Source of the DNA: Yuukianura sp. NJ FZ-2021
Lineage: Eukaryota
Assembly (NCBI GenBank): GCA_046563655.1
Contig: CM102289.1
Coordinates: 806,001-870,000 of the forward strand
Direction: 5' to 3'
Length of the DNA stretch: 64,000 nucleotides
Below the pieces are notes generated by a model. It searched no databases and had not been told where the DNA came from. It was given only the letters and a program-made list of their open reading frames with translations. How positions within the stretch are numbered: the stretch's first letter is position 1; each line of letters starts with the position of its first letter. The position numbers and the translations under genes are program-made. Of this stretch, positions 40,301 through 55,300 are shown piece after piece.

Positions 40301-43300
40301 ATTATTTTTTTCATTAAATACTCCTCAAAAAGTCATTCTGGGCTATCTGAGATGTCAAAATTGCAAACCGAGATTATGCTTGTGAAAGCCCATCTGACGT
40401 GTTCCAAGCTCAATTTTTCACCAAAAAATTATTTTTTTCATTAAATACTCCTCAAAAAGTCATTCTGGGCTATCTGAGATGTCAAAATTGCAAACCGAGA
40501 TTATGCTTGTGAAAGCCCATCTGAAGTGTTCCAAGCTCAATTTTTCACCAAAAAATTATTTTTTTCATTAAATACTCCTCAAAAAGTCATTCTGGGCTAT
40601 CTGAGATGTCAAAATTGCAAACCGAGATTATGCTTGTGAAAGCCCATCTGAAGTGTTCCAAGCTCAATTTTTCACCAAAAAATTATTTTTTTCATTAAAT
40701 ACTCCTCAAAAAGTCATTCTGGGCTATCTGAGATGTCAAAATTGCAAACCGAGATTATGCTTGTGAAAGCCCATCTGAAGTGTTCCAAGCTCAATTTTTC
40801 ACCAAAAAATTATTTTTTTCATTAAATACTCCTCAAAAAGTCATTCTGGGCTATCTGAGATGTCAAAATTGCAAACCGAGATTATGCTTGTGAAAGCCCA
40901 TCTGAAGTGTTCCAAGCTCAATTTTTCACCAAAAAATTATTTTTTTCATTAAATACTCCTCAAAAAGTCATTCTGGGCTATCTGAGATGTCAAAATTGCA
41001 AACCGAGATTATGCTTGTGAAAGCCCATCTGAAGTGTTCCAAGCTCAATTTTTCACCAAAAAATTATTTTTTTCATTAAATACTCCTCAAAAAGTCATTC
41101 TGGGCTATCTGAGATGTCAAAATTGCAAACCGAGATTATGCTTGTGAAAGCCCATCTGAAGTGTTCCAAGCTCAATTTTTCACCAAAAAATTATTTTTTT
41201 CATTAAATACTCCTCAAAAAGTCATTCTGGGCTATCTGAGATGTCAAAATTGCAAACCGAGATTATGCTTCTGAAAGCCCATCTGAAGTGTTCCAAGCTC
41301 AATTTTTCACCAAAAAATTATTTTTTTCATTAAATACTCCTCAAAAAGTCATTCTGGGCTATCTGAGATGTCAAAATTGCAAACCGAGATTAGGCTTCTG
41401 AAAGCCCATCTGAAGTGTTCCAAGCTCAATTTTTCACCAAAAAAATATTTTTTTCATTAAATACTCACCAAAAAGTCATTCTGGGCTATCTGAGATGTCA
41501 AAATTGCAAACCGAGATTATGCTTGTGAAAGCCCATCTGAAGTGTTCCAAGCTCAATTTTTCACCAAAAAATATTTTTGTTCATTAAATACTCCTCAAAA
41601 AGTCATTCTGGGCTATCTGAGATGTCAAAATTGCAAACCGAGATTATGCTTGTGAAAGCCCATCTGACGTGTTCCAAGCTCAATTTTTCACCAAAAAATT
41701 ATTTTTTTCATTAAATACTCCTCAAAAAGTCATTCTGGGCTATCTGAGATGTCAAAATTGCAAACCGAGATTATGCTTGTGAAAGCCCATCTGAAGTGTT
41801 CCAAGCTCAATTTTTCACCAAAAAATTATTTTTTTCATTAAATACTCCTCAAAAAGTCATTCTGGGCTATCTGAGATGTCAAAATTGCAAACCGAGATTA
41901 TGCTTCTGAAAGCCCATCTGAAGTGTTCCAAGCTCAATTTTTCACCAAAAAATTATTTTTTTCATTAAATACTCCTCAAAAAGTCATTCTGGGCTATCTG
42001 AGATGTCAAAATTGCAAACCGAGATTATGCTTGTGAAAGCCCATCTGAAGTGTTCCAAGCTCAATTTTTCACCAAAAAATTATTTTTTTCATTAAATACT
42101 CCTCAAAAAGTCATTCTGGGCTATCTGAGATGTCAAAATTGCAAACCGAGATTATGCTTGTGAAAGCCCATCTGAAGTGTTCCAAGCTCAATTTTTCACC
42201 AAAAAATTATTTTTTTCATTAAATACTCCTCAAAAAGTCATTCTGGGCTATCTGAGATGTCAAAATTGCAAACCGAGATTATGCTTGTGAAAGCCCATCT
42301 GACGTGTTCCAAGCTCAATTTTTCACCAAAAAATTATTTTTTTCATTAAATACTCCTCAAAAAGTCATTCTGGGCTATCTGAGATGTCAAAATTGCAAAC
42401 CGAGATTATGCTTGTGAAAGCCCATCTGAAGTGTTCCAAGCTCAATTTTTCACCAAAAAATTATTTTTTTCATTAAATACTCCTCAAAAAGTCATTCTGG
42501 GCTATCTGAGATGTCAAAATTGCAAACCGAGATTATGCTTCTGAAAGCCCATCTGACGTGTTCCAAGCTCAATTTTTCACCAAAAAATTATTTTTTTCAT
42601 TAAATACTCCTCAAAAAGTCATTCTGGGCTATCTGAGATGTCAAAATTGCAAACCGAGATTATGCTTCTGAAAGCCCATCTGAAGTGTTCCAAGCTCAAT
42701 TTTTCACCAAAAAATTATTTTTTTCATTAAATACTCCTCAAAAAGTCATTCTGGGCTATCTGAGATGTCAAAATTGCAAACCGAGATTATGCTTGTGAAA
42801 GCCCATCTGAAGTGTTCCAAGCTCAATTTTTCACCAAAAAATTATTTTTTTCATTAAATACTCCTCAAAAAGTCATTCTGGGCTATCTGAGATGTCAAAA
42901 TTGCAAACCGAGATTATGCTTGTGAAAGCCCATCTGAAGTGTTCCAAGCTCAATTTTTCACCAAAAAATTATTTTTTTCATTAAATACTCCTCAAAAAGT
43001 CATTCTGGGCTATCTGAGATGTCAAAATTGCAAACCGAGATTATGCTTGTGAAAGCCCATCTGAAGTGTTCCAAGCTCAATTTTTCACCAAAAAATTATT
43101 TTTTTCATTAAATACTCCTCAAAAAGTCATTCTGGGCTATCTGAGATGTCAAAATTGCAAACCGAGATTATGCTTGTGAAAGCCCATCTGAAGTGTTCCA
43201 AGCTCAATTTTTCACCAAAAAATTATTTTTTTCATTAAATACTCCTCAAAAAGTCATTCTGGGCTATCTGAGATGTCAAAATTGCAAACCGAGATTATGC

Positions 43301-46300
43301 TTGTGAAAGCCCATCTGAAGTGTTCCAAGCTCAATTTTTCACCAAAAAATTATTTTTTTCATTAAATACTCCTCAAAAAGTCATTCTGGGCTATCTGAGA
43401 TGTCAAAATTGCAAACCGAGATTATGCTTCTGAAAGCCCATCTGAAGTGTTCCAAGCTCAATTTTTCACCAAAAAATTATTTTTTTCATTAAATACTCCT
43501 CAAAAAGTCATTCTGGGCTATCTGAGATGTCAAAATTGCAAACCGAGATTATGCTTGTGAAAGCCCATCTGAAGTGTTCCAAGCTCAATTTTTCACCAAA
43601 AAATTATTTTTTTCATTAAATACTCCTCAAAAAGTCATTCTGGGCTATCTGAGATGTCAAAATTGCAAACCGAGATTATGCTTGTGAAAGCCCATCTGAA
43701 GTGTTCCAAGCTCAATTTTTCACCAAAAAATATTTTTTTCATTAAATACTCCTCAAAAAGTCATTCTGGGCTATCTGAGATGTCAAAATTGCAAACCGAG
43801 ATTATGCTTGTGAAAGCCCATCTGAAGTGTTCCAAGCTCAATTTTTCACCAAAAAATTATTTTTTTCATTAAATACTCCTCAAAAAGTCATTCTGGGCTA
43901 TCTGAGATGTCAAAATTGCAAACCGAGATTATGCTTGTGAAAGCCCATCTGAAGTGTTCCAAGCTCAATTTTTCACCAAAAAATTATTTTTTTCATTAAA
44001 TACTCCTCAAAAAGTCATTCTGGGCTATCTGAGATGTCAAAATTGCAAACCGAGATTATGCTTGTGAAAGCCCATCTGAAGTGTTCCAAGCTCAATTTTT
44101 CACCAAAAAATTATTTTTTTCATTAAATACTCCTCAAAAAGTCATTCTGGGCTATCTGAGATGTCAAAATTGCAAACCGAGATTATGCTTGTGAAAGCCC
44201 ATCTGAAGTGTTCCAAGCTCAATTTTTCACCAAAAAATTATTTTTTTCATTAAATACTCCTCAAAAAGTCATTCTGGGCTATCTGAGATGTCAAAATTGC
44301 AAACCGAGATTATGCTTGTGAAAGCCCATCTGAAGTGTTCCAAGCTCAATTTTTCACCAAAAAATTATTTTTTTCATTAAATACTCCTCAAAAAGTCATT
44401 CTGGGCTATCTGAGATGTCAAAATTGCAAACCGAGATTATGCTTGTGAAAGCCCATCTGAAGTGTTCCAAGCTCAATTTTTCTCCGAAAAATCCATTTTT
44501 TTCATTAAATACTCCTCAAAAAGTCATTCTGGGCTATCTGAGATGTCAAAATTGCAAACCGAGATTATGCTTGTGAAAGCCCATCTGAAGTGTTCCAAGC
44601 TCAATTTTTCACCAAAAAATTATTTTTTTCATTAAATACTCCTCAAAAAGTCATTCTGGGCTATCTGAGATGTCAAAATTGCAAACCGAGATTATGCTTG
44701 TGAAAGCCCATCTGAAGTGTTCCAAGCTCAATTTTTCACCAAAAAATTATTTTTTTCATTAAATACTCCTCAAAAAGTCATTCTGGGCTATCTGAGATGT
44801 CAAAATTGCAAACCGAGATTATGCTTGTGAAAGCCCATCTGAAGTGTTCCAAGCTCAATTTTTCACCAAAAAATTATTTTTTTCATTAAATACTCCTCAA
44901 AAAGTCATTCTGGGCTATCTGAGATGTCAAAATTGCAAACCGAGATTATGCTTCTGAAAGCCCATCTGACGTGTTCCAAGCTCAATTTTTCACCAAAAAA
45001 TTATTTTTTTCATTAAATACTCCTCAAAAAGTCATTCTGGGCTATCTGAGATGTCAAAATTGCAAACCGAGATTATGCTTGTGAAAGCCCATCTGAAGTG
45101 TTCCAAGCTCAATTTTTCACCAAAAAATTATTTTTTTCATTAAATACTCCTCAAAAAGTCATTCTGGGCTATCTGAGATGTCAAAATTGCAAACCGAGAT
45201 TATGCTTGTGAAAGCCCATCTGAAGTGTTCCAAGCTCAATTTTTCACCAAAAAATTATTTTTTTCATTAAATACTCCTCAAAAAGTCATTCTGGGCTATC
45301 TGAGATGTCAAAATTGCAAACCGAGATTATGCTTGTGAAAGCCCATCTGAAGTGTTCCAAGCTCAATTTTTCACCAAAAAATCCATTTTTTTCATTAAAT
45401 ACTCCTCAAAAAGTCATTCTGGGCTATCTGAGATGTCAAAATTGCAAACCGAGATTATGCTTGTGAAAGCCCATCTGAAGTGTTCCAAGCTCAATTTTTC
45501 ACCAAAAAATTATTTTTTTCATTAAATACTCCTCAAAAAGTCATTCTGGGCTATCTGAGATGTCAAAATTGCAAACCGAGATTATGCTTGTGAAAGCCCA
45601 TCTGACGTGTTCCAAGCTCAATTTTTCACCAAAAAATTATTTTTTTCATTAAATACTCCTCAAAAAGTCATTCTGGGCTATCTGAGATGTCAAAATTGCA
45701 AACCGAGATTATGCTTGTGAAAGCCCATCTGAAGTGTTCCAAGCTCAATTTTTCACCAAAAAATTATTTTTTTCATTAAATACTCCTCAAAAAGTCATTC
45801 TGGGCTATCTGAGATGTCAAAATTGCAAACCGAGATTATGCTTCTGAAAGCCCATCTGAAGTGTTCCAAGCTCAATTTTTCACCAAAAAATTATTTTTTT
45901 CATTAAATACTCCTCAAAAAGTCATTCTGGGCTATCTGAGATGTCAAAATTGCAAACCGAGATTATGCTTGTGAAAGCCCATCTGAAGTGTTCCAAGCTC
46001 AATTTTTCACCAAAAAATTATTTTTTTCATTAAATACTCCTCAAAAAGTCATTCTGGGCTATCTGAGATGTCAAAATTGCAAACCGAGATTATGCTTGTG
46101 AAAGCCCATCTGAAGTGTTCCAAGCTCAATTTTTCACCAAAAAATTATTTTTTTCATTAAATACTCCTCAAAAAGTCATTCTGGGCTATCTGAGATGTCA
46201 AAATTGCAAACCGAGATTATGCTTGTGAAAGCCCATCTGAAGTGTTCCAAGCTCAATTTTTCACCAAAAAATTATTTTTTTCATTAAATACTCCTCAAAA

Positions 46301-49300
46301 AGTCATTCTGGGCTATCTGAGATGTCAAAATTGCAAACCGAGATTATGCTTGTGAAAGCCCATCTGAAGTGTTCCAAGCTCAATTTTTCACCAAAAAATT
46401 ATTTTTTTCATTAAATACTCCTCAAAAAGTCATTCTGGGCTATCTGAGATGTCAAAATTGCAAACCGAGATTATGCTTCTGAAAGCCCATCTGACGTGTT
46501 CCAAGCTCAATTTTTCACCAAAAAATTATTTTTTTCATTAAATACTCCTCAAAAAGTCATTCTGGGCTATCTGAGATGTCAAAATTGCAAACCGAGATTA
46601 TGCTTCTGAAAGCCCATCTGACGTGTTCCAAGCTCAATTTTTCACCAAAAAATTATTTTTTTCATTAAATACTCCTCAAAAAGTCATTCTGGGCTATCTG
46701 AGATGTCAAAATTGCAAACCGAGATTATGCTTGTGAAAGCCCATCTGAAGTGTTCCAAGCTCAATTTTTCACCAAAAAATCCATTTTTTTCATTAAATAC
46801 TCCTCAAAAAGTCATTCTGGGCTATCTGAGATGTCAAAATTGCAAACCGAGATTATGCTTGTGAAAGCCCATCTGAAGTGTTCCAAGCTCAATTTTTCAC
46901 CAAAAAATTATTTTTTTCATTAAATACTCCTCAAAAAGTCATTCTGGGCTATCTGAGATGTCAAAATTGCAAACCGAGATTATGCTTCTGAAAGCCCATC
47001 TGAAGTGTTCCAAGCTCAATTTTTCACCAAAAAATTATTTTTTTCATTAAATACTCCTCAAAAAGTCATTCTGGGCTATCTGAGATGTCAAAATTGCAAA
47101 CCGAGATTATGCTTGTGAAAGCCCATCTGAAGTGTTCCAAGCTCAATTTTTCACCAAAAAATTATTTTTTTCATTAAATACTCCTCAAAAAGTCATTCTG
47201 GGCTATCTGAGATGTCAAAATTGCAAACCGAGATTATGCTTGTGAAAGCCCATCTGAAGTGTTCCAAGCTCAATTTTTCACCAAAAAATTATTTTTTTCA
47301 TTAAATACTCCTCAAAAAGTCATTCTGGGCTATCTGAGATGTCAAAATTGCAAACCGAGATTATGCTTGTGAAAGCCCATCTGAAGTGTTCCAAGCTCAA
47401 TTTTTCACCAAAAAATTATTTTTTTCATTAAATACTCCTCAAAAAGTCATTCTGGGCTATCTGAGATGTCAAAATTGCAAACCGAGATTATGCTTGTGAA
47501 AGCCCATCTGAAGTGTTCCAAGCTCAATTTTTCACCAAAAAATTATTTTTTTCATTAAATACTCCTCAAAAAGTCATTCTGGGCTATCTGAGATGTCAAA
47601 ATTGCAAACCGAGATTATGCTTGTGAAAGCCCATCTGAAGTGTTCCAAGCTCAATTTTTCACCAAAAAATTATTTTTTTCATTAAATACTCCTCAAAAAG
47701 TCATTCTGGGCTATCTGAGATGTCAAAATTGCAAACCGAGATTATGCTTGTGAAAGCCCATCTGAAGTGTTCCAAGCTCAATTTTTCACCAAAAAATTAT
47801 TTTTTTCATTAAATACTCCTCAAAAAGTCATTCTGGGCTATCTGAGATGTCAAAATTGCAAACCGAGATTATGCTTGTGAAAGCCCATCTGAAGTGTTCC
47901 AAGCTCAATTTTTCACCAAAAAATTATTTTTTTCATTAAATACTCCTCAAAAAGTCATTCTGGGCTATCTGAGATGTCAAAATTGCAAACCGAGATTATG
48001 CTTGTGAAAGCCCATCTGAAGTGTTCCAAGCTCAATTTTTCACCAAAAAATTATTTTTTTCATTAAATACTCCTCAAAAAGTCATTCTGGGCTATCTGAG
48101 ATGTCAAAATTGCAAACCGAGATTATGCTTGTGAAAGCCCATCTGAAGTGTTCCAAGCTCAATTTTTCACCAAAAAATTATTTTTTTCATTAAATACTCC
48201 TCAAAAAGTCATTCTGGGCTATCTGAGATGTCAAAATTGCAAACCGAGATTATGCTTGTGAAAGCCCATCTGAAGTGTTCCAAGCTCAATTTTTCACCAA
48301 AAAATTATTTTTTTCATTAAATACTCCTCAAAAAGTCATTCTGGGCTATCTGAGATGTCAAAATTGCAAACCGAGATTATGCTTGTGAAAGCCCATCTGA
48401 AGTGTTCCAAGCTCAATTTTTCACCAAAAAATTATTTTTTTCATTAAATACTCCTCAAAAAGTCATTCTGGGCTATCTGAGATGTCAAAATTGCAAACCG
48501 AGATTATGCTTGTGAAAGCCCATCTGAAGTGTTCCAAGCTCAATTTTTCACCAAAAAATTATTTTTTTCATTAAATACTCCTCAAAAAGTCATTCTGGGC
48601 TATCTGAGATGTCAAAATTGCAAACCGAGATTATGCTTGTGAAAGCCCATCTGAAGTGTTCCAAGCTCAATTTTTCACCAAAAAATTATTTTTTTCATTA
48701 AATACTCCTCAAAAAGTCATTCTGGGCTATCTGAGATGTCAAAATTGCAAACCGAGATTATGCTTGTGAAAGCCCATCTGAAGTGTTCCAAGCTCAATTT
48801 TTCACCAAAAAATTATTTTTTTCATTAAATACTCCTCAAAAAGTCATTCTGGGCTATCTGAGATGTCAAAATTGCAAACCGAGATTATGCTTGTGAAAGC
48901 CCATCTGACGTGTTCCAAGCTCAATTTTTCACCAAAAAATTATTTTTTTCATTAAATACTCCTCAAAAAGTCATTCTGGGCTATCTGAGATGTCAAAATT
49001 GCAAACCGAGATTATGCTTGTGAAAGCCCATCTGAAGTGTTCCAAGCTCAATTTTTCACCAAAAAATATTTTTTTCATTAAATACTCCTCAAAAAGTCAT
49101 TCTGGGCTATCTGAGATGTCAAAATTGCAAACCGAGATTATGCTTGTGAAAGCCCATCTGAAGTGTTCCAAGCTCAATTTTTCACCAAAAAATATTTTTT
49201 TCATTAAATACTCCTCAAAAAGTCATTCTGGGCTATCTGAGATGTCAAAATTGCAAACCGAGATTATGCTTGTGAAAGCCCATCTGAAGTGTTCCAAGCT

Positions 49301-52300
49301 CAATTTTTCACCAAAAAATTATTTTTTTCATTAAATACTCCTCAAAAAGTCATTCTGGGCTATCTGAGATGTCAAAATTGCAAACCGAGATTATGCTTGT
49401 GAAAGCCCATCTGAAGTGTTCCAAGCTCAATTTTTCACCAAAAAATTATTTTTTTCATTAAATACTCCTCAAAAAGTCATTCTGGGCTATCTGAGATGTC
49501 AAAATTGCAAACCGAGATTATGCTTGTGAAAGCCCATCTGAAGTGTTCCAAGCTCAATTTTTCACCAAAAAATTATTTTTTTCATTAAATACTCCTCAAA
49601 AAGTCATTCTGGGCTATCTGAGATGTCAAAATTGCAAACCGAGATTATGCTTGTGAAAGCCCATCTGAAGTGTTCCAAGCTCAATTTTTCACCAAAAAAT
49701 ATTTTTTTCATTAAATACTCCTCAAAAAGTCATTCTGGGCTATCTGAGATGTCAAAATTGCAAACCGAGATTATGCTTGTGAAAGCCCATCTGAAGTGTT
49801 CCAAGCTCAATTTTTCACCAAAAAATTATTTTTTTCATTAAATACTCCTCAAAAAGTCATTCTGGGCTATCTGAGATGTCAAAATTGCAAACCGAGATTA
49901 TGCTTCTGAAAGCCCATCTGACGTGTTCCAAGCTCAATTTTTCACCAAAAAATTATTTTTTTCATTAAATACTCCTCAAAAAGTCATTCTGGGCTATCTG
50001 AGATGTCAAAATTGCAAACCGAGATTATGCTTGTGAAAGCCCATCTGAAGTGTTCCAAGCTCAATTTTTCACCAAAAAATTATTTTTTTCATTAAATACT
50101 CCTCAAAAAGTCATTCTGGGCTATCTGAGATGTCAAAATTGCAAACCGAGATTATGCTTGTGAAAGCCCATCTGAAGTGTTCCAAGCTCAATTTTTCACC
50201 AAAAAATTATTTTTTTCATTAAATACTCCTCAAAAAGTCATTCTGGGCTATCTGAGATGTCAAAATTGCAAACCGAGATTATGCTTGTGAAAGCCCATCT
50301 GAAGTGTTCCAAGCTCAATTTTTCACCAAAAAATTATTTTTTTCATTAAATACTCCTCAAAAAGTCATTCTGGGCTATCTGAGATGTCAAAATTGCAAAC
50401 CGAGATTATGCTTGTGAAAGCCCATCTGAAGTGTTCCAAGCTCAATTTTTCACCAAAAAATTATTTTTTTCATTAAATACTCCTCAAAAAGTCATTCTGG
50501 GCTATCTGAGATGTCAAAATTGCAAACCGAGATTATGCTTGTGAAAGCCCATCTGAAGTGTTCCAAGCTCAATTTTTCACCAAAAAATTATTTTTTTCAT
50601 TAAATACTCCTCAAAAAGTCATTCTGGGCTATCTGAGATGTCAAAATTGCAAACCGAGAATATGCTTGTGAAAGCCCATCTGAAGTGTTCCAAGCTCAAT
50701 TTTTCTCCAAAAAATCCATTTTTTTCATTTATAACTCCTCAAAAAGTCATTCTGGGCTATCTGAGATGTCAAAATTGCAAACCGAGATTATGCTTGTGAA
50801 AGCCCATCTGACGTGTTCCAAGCTCAATTTTTCACCAAAAAATTATTTTTTTCATTAAATACTCCTCAAAAAGTCATTCTGGGCTATCTGAGATGTCAAA
50901 ATTGCAAACCGAGATTATGCTTGTGAAAGCCCATCTGAAGTGTTCCAAGCTCAATTTTTCACCAAAAAATTATTTTTTTCATTAAATACTCCTCAAAAAG
51001 TCATTCTGGGCTATCTGAGATGTCAAAATTGCAAACCGAGATTATGCTTGTGAAAGCCCATCTGAAGTGTTCCAAGCTCAATTTTTCACCAAAAAATTAT
51101 TTTTTTCATTAAATACTCCTCAAAAAGTCATTCTGGGCTATCTGAGATGTCAAAATTGCAAACCGAGATTATGCTTGTGAAAGCCCATCTGAAGTGTTCC
51201 AAGCTCAATTTTTCACCAAAAAATTATTTTTTTCATTAAATACTCCTCAAAAAGTCATTCTGGGCTATCTGAGATGTCAAAATTGCAAACCGAGATTATG
51301 CTTGTGAAAGCCCATCTGAAGTGTTCCAAGCTCAATTTTTCACCAAAAAAATATTTTTTTCATTAAATACTCCTCAAAAAGTCATTCTGGGCTATCTGAG
51401 ATGTCAAAATTGCAAACCGAGATTATGCTTGTGAAAGCCCATCTGACGTGTTCCAAGCTCAATTTTTCACCAAAAAATTATTTTTTTCATTAAATACTCC
51501 TCAAAAAGTCATTCTGGGCTATCTGAGATGTCAAAATTGCAAACCGAGATTATGCTTGTGAAAGCCCATCTGAAGTGTTCCAAGCTCAATTTTTCACCAA
51601 AAAATTATTTTTTTCATTAAATACTCCTCAAAAAGTCATTCTGGGCTATCTGAGATGTCAAAATTGCAAACCGAGATTATGCTTGTGAAAGCCCATCTGA
51701 AGTGTTCCAAGCTCAATTTTTCACCAAAAAATTATTTTTTTCATTAAATACTCCTCAAAAAGTCATTCTGGGCTATCTGAGATGTCAAAATTGCAAACCG
51801 AGATTATGCTTGTGAAAGCCCATCTGAAGTGTTCCAAGCTCAATTTTTCACCAAAAAAATATTTTTTTCATTAAATACTCCTCAAAAAGTCATTCTGGGC
51901 TATCTGAGATGTCAAAATTGCAAACCGAGATTATGCTTGTGAAAGCCCATCTGACGTGTTCCAAGCTCAATTTTTCACCAAAAAATTATTTTTTTCATTA
52001 AATACTCCTCAAAAAGTCATTCTGGGCTATCTGAGATGTCAAAATTGCAAACCGAGATTATGCTTCTGAAAGCCCATCTGAAGTGTTCCAAGCTCAATTT
52101 TTCACCAAAAAATTATTTTTTTCATTAAATACTCCTCAAAAAGTCATTCTGGGCTATCTGAGATGTCAAAATTGCAAACCGAGATTATGCTTGTGAAAGC
52201 CCATCTGAAGTGTTCCAAGCTCAATTTTTCACCAAAAAATTATTTTTTTCATTAAATACTCCTCAAAAAGTCATTCTGGGCTATCTGAGATGTCAAAATT

Positions 52301-55300
52301 GCAAACCGAGATTATGCTTGTGAAAGCCCATCTGAAGTGTTCCAAGCTCAATTTTTCACCAAAAAATTATTTTTTTCATTAAATACTCCTCAAAAAGTCA
52401 TTCTGGGCTATCTGAGATGTCAAAATTGCAAACCGAGATTATGCTTGTGAAAGCCCATCTGAAGTGTTCCAAGCTCAATTTTTCACCAAAAAATTATTTT
52501 TTTCATTAAATACTCCTCAAAAAGTCATTCTGGGCTATCTGAGATGTCAAAATTGCAAACCGAGATTATGCTTCTGAAAGCCCATCTGAAGTGTTCCAAG
52601 CTCAATTTTTCACCAAAAAATTATTTTTTTCATTAAATACTCCTCAAAAAGTCATTCTGGGCTATCTGAGATGTCAAAATTGCAAACCGAGATTATGCTT
52701 GTGAAAGCCCATCTGAAGTGTTCCAAGCTCAATTTTTCACCAAAAATCCATTTTTTTCATTAAATACTCCTCAAAAAGTCATTCTGGGCTATCTGAGATG
52801 TCAAAATTGCAAACCGAGATTATGCTTGTGAAAGCCCATCTGAAGTGTTCCAAGCTCAATTTTTCACCAAAAAATTATTTTTTTCATTAAATACTCCTCA
52901 AAAAGTCATTCTGGGCTATCTGAGATGTCAAAATTGCAAACCGAGATTATGCTTGTGAAAGCCCATCTGAAGTGTTCCAAGCTCAATTTTTCACCAAAAA
53001 ATTATTTTTTTCATTAAATACTCCTCAAAAAGTCATTCTGGGCTATCTGAGATGTCAAAATTGCAAACCGAGATTATGCTTGTGAAAGCCCATCTGAAGT
53101 GTTCCAAGCTCAATTTTTCACCAAAAAATTATTTTTTTCATTAAATACTCCTCAAAAAGTCATTCTGGGCTATCTGAGATGTCAAAATTGCAAACCGAGA
53201 TTATGCTTGTGAAAGCCCATCTGAAGTGTTCCAAGCTCAATTTTTCACCAAAAAATTATTTTTTTCATTAAATACTCCTCAAAAAGTCATTCTGGGCTAT
53301 CTGAGATGTCAAAATTGCAAACCGAGATTATGCTTGTGAAAGCCCATCTGAAGTGTTCCAAGCTCAATTTTTCACCAAAAAATTATTTTTTTCATTAAAT
53401 ACTCCTCAAAAAGTCATTCTGGGCTATCTGAGATGTCAAAATTGCAAACCGAGATTATGCTTCTGAAAGCCCATCTAACGTGTTCCAAGCTCAATTTTTC
53501 ACCAAAAAATTATTTTTTTCATTAAATACTCCTCAAAAAGTCATTCTGGGCTATCTGAGATGTCAAAATTGCAAACCGAGATTATGCTTGTGAAAGCCCA
53601 TCTGAAGTGTTCCAAGCTCAATTTTTCACCAAAAAATTATTTTTTTCATTAAATACTCCTCAAAAAGTCATTCTGGGCTATCTGAGATGTCAAAATTGCA
53701 AACCGAGATTATGCTTGTGAAAGCCCATCTGAAGTGTTCCAAGCTCAATTTTTCACCAAAAAATTATTTTTTTCATTAAATACTCCTCAAAAAGTCATTC
53801 TGGGCTATCTGAGATGTCAAAATTGCAAACCGAGATTATGCTTGTGAAAGCCCATCTGAAGTGTTCCAAGCTCAATTTTTCACCAAAAAATTATTTTTTT
53901 CATTAAATACTCCTCAAAAAGTCATTCTGGGCTATCTGAGATGTCAAAATTGCAAACCGAGATTATGCTTGTGAAAGCCCATCTGAAGTGTTCCAAGCTC
54001 AATTTTTCACCGAAAAATCCATTTTTTTCATTTATAACTCACCAAAAAGTCATTCTGGGCTATCTGAGATGTCAAAATTGCAAACCGAGATTATGCTTGT
54101 GAAAGCCCATCTGAAGTGTTCCAAGCTCAATTTTTCACCAAAAAATTATTTTTTTCATTAAATACTCCTCAAAAAGTCATTCTGGGCTATCTGAGATGTC
54201 AAAATTGCAAACCGAGATTATGCTTGTGAAAGCCCATCTGAAGTGTTCCAAGCTCAATTTTTCACCAAAAAATTATTTTTTTCATTAAATACTCCTCAAA
54301 AAGTCATTCTGGGCTATCTGAGATGTCAAAATTGCAAACCGAGATTATGCTTGTGAAAGCCCATCTGAAGTGTTCCAAGCTCAATTTTTCACCAAAAAAT
54401 TATTTTTTTCATTAAATACTCCTCAAAAAGTCATTCTGGGCTATCTGAGATGTCAAAATTGCAAACCGAGATTATGCTTGTGAAAGCCCATCTGAAGTGT
54501 TCCAAGCTCAATTTTTCACCAAAAAATTATTTTTTTCATTAAATACTCATCAAAAAGTCATTCTGGGCTATCTGAGATGTCAAAATTGCAAACCGAGATT
54601 ATGCTTGTGAAAGCCCATCTGAAGTGTTCCAAGCTCAATTTTTCACCAAAAAATATTTTTGTTCATTAAATACTCCTCAAAAAGTCATTCTGGGCTATCT
54701 GAGATGTCAAAATTGCAAACCGAGATTATGCTTGTGAAAGCCCATCTGAAGTGTTCCAAGCTCAATTTTTCACCAAAAAATTATTTTTTTCATTAAATAC
54801 TCCTCAAAAAGTCATTCTGGGCTATCTGAGATGTCAAAATTGCAAACCGAGATTATGCTTGTGAAAGCCCATCTGAAGTGTTCCAAGCTCAATTTTTCAC
54901 CAAAAAATTATTTTTTTCATTAAATACTCCTCAAAAAGTCATTCTGGGCTATCTGAGATGTCAAAATTGCAAACCGAGATTATGCTTGTGAAAGCCCATC
55001 TGAAGTGTTCCAAGCTCAATTTTTCACCAAAAAATTATTTTTTTCATTAAATACTCCTCAAAAAGTCATTCTGGGCTATCTGAGATGTCAAAATTGCAAA
55101 CCGAGATTATGCTTGTGAAAGCCCATCTGAAGTGTTCCAAGCTCAATTTTTCACCAAAAAATTATTTTTTTCATTAAATACTCCTCAAAAAGTCATTCTG
55201 GGCTATCTGAGATGTCAAAATTGCAAACCGAGATTATGCTTGTGAAAGCCCATCTGAAGTGTTCCAAGCTCAATTTTTCACCAAAAAATTATTTTTTTCA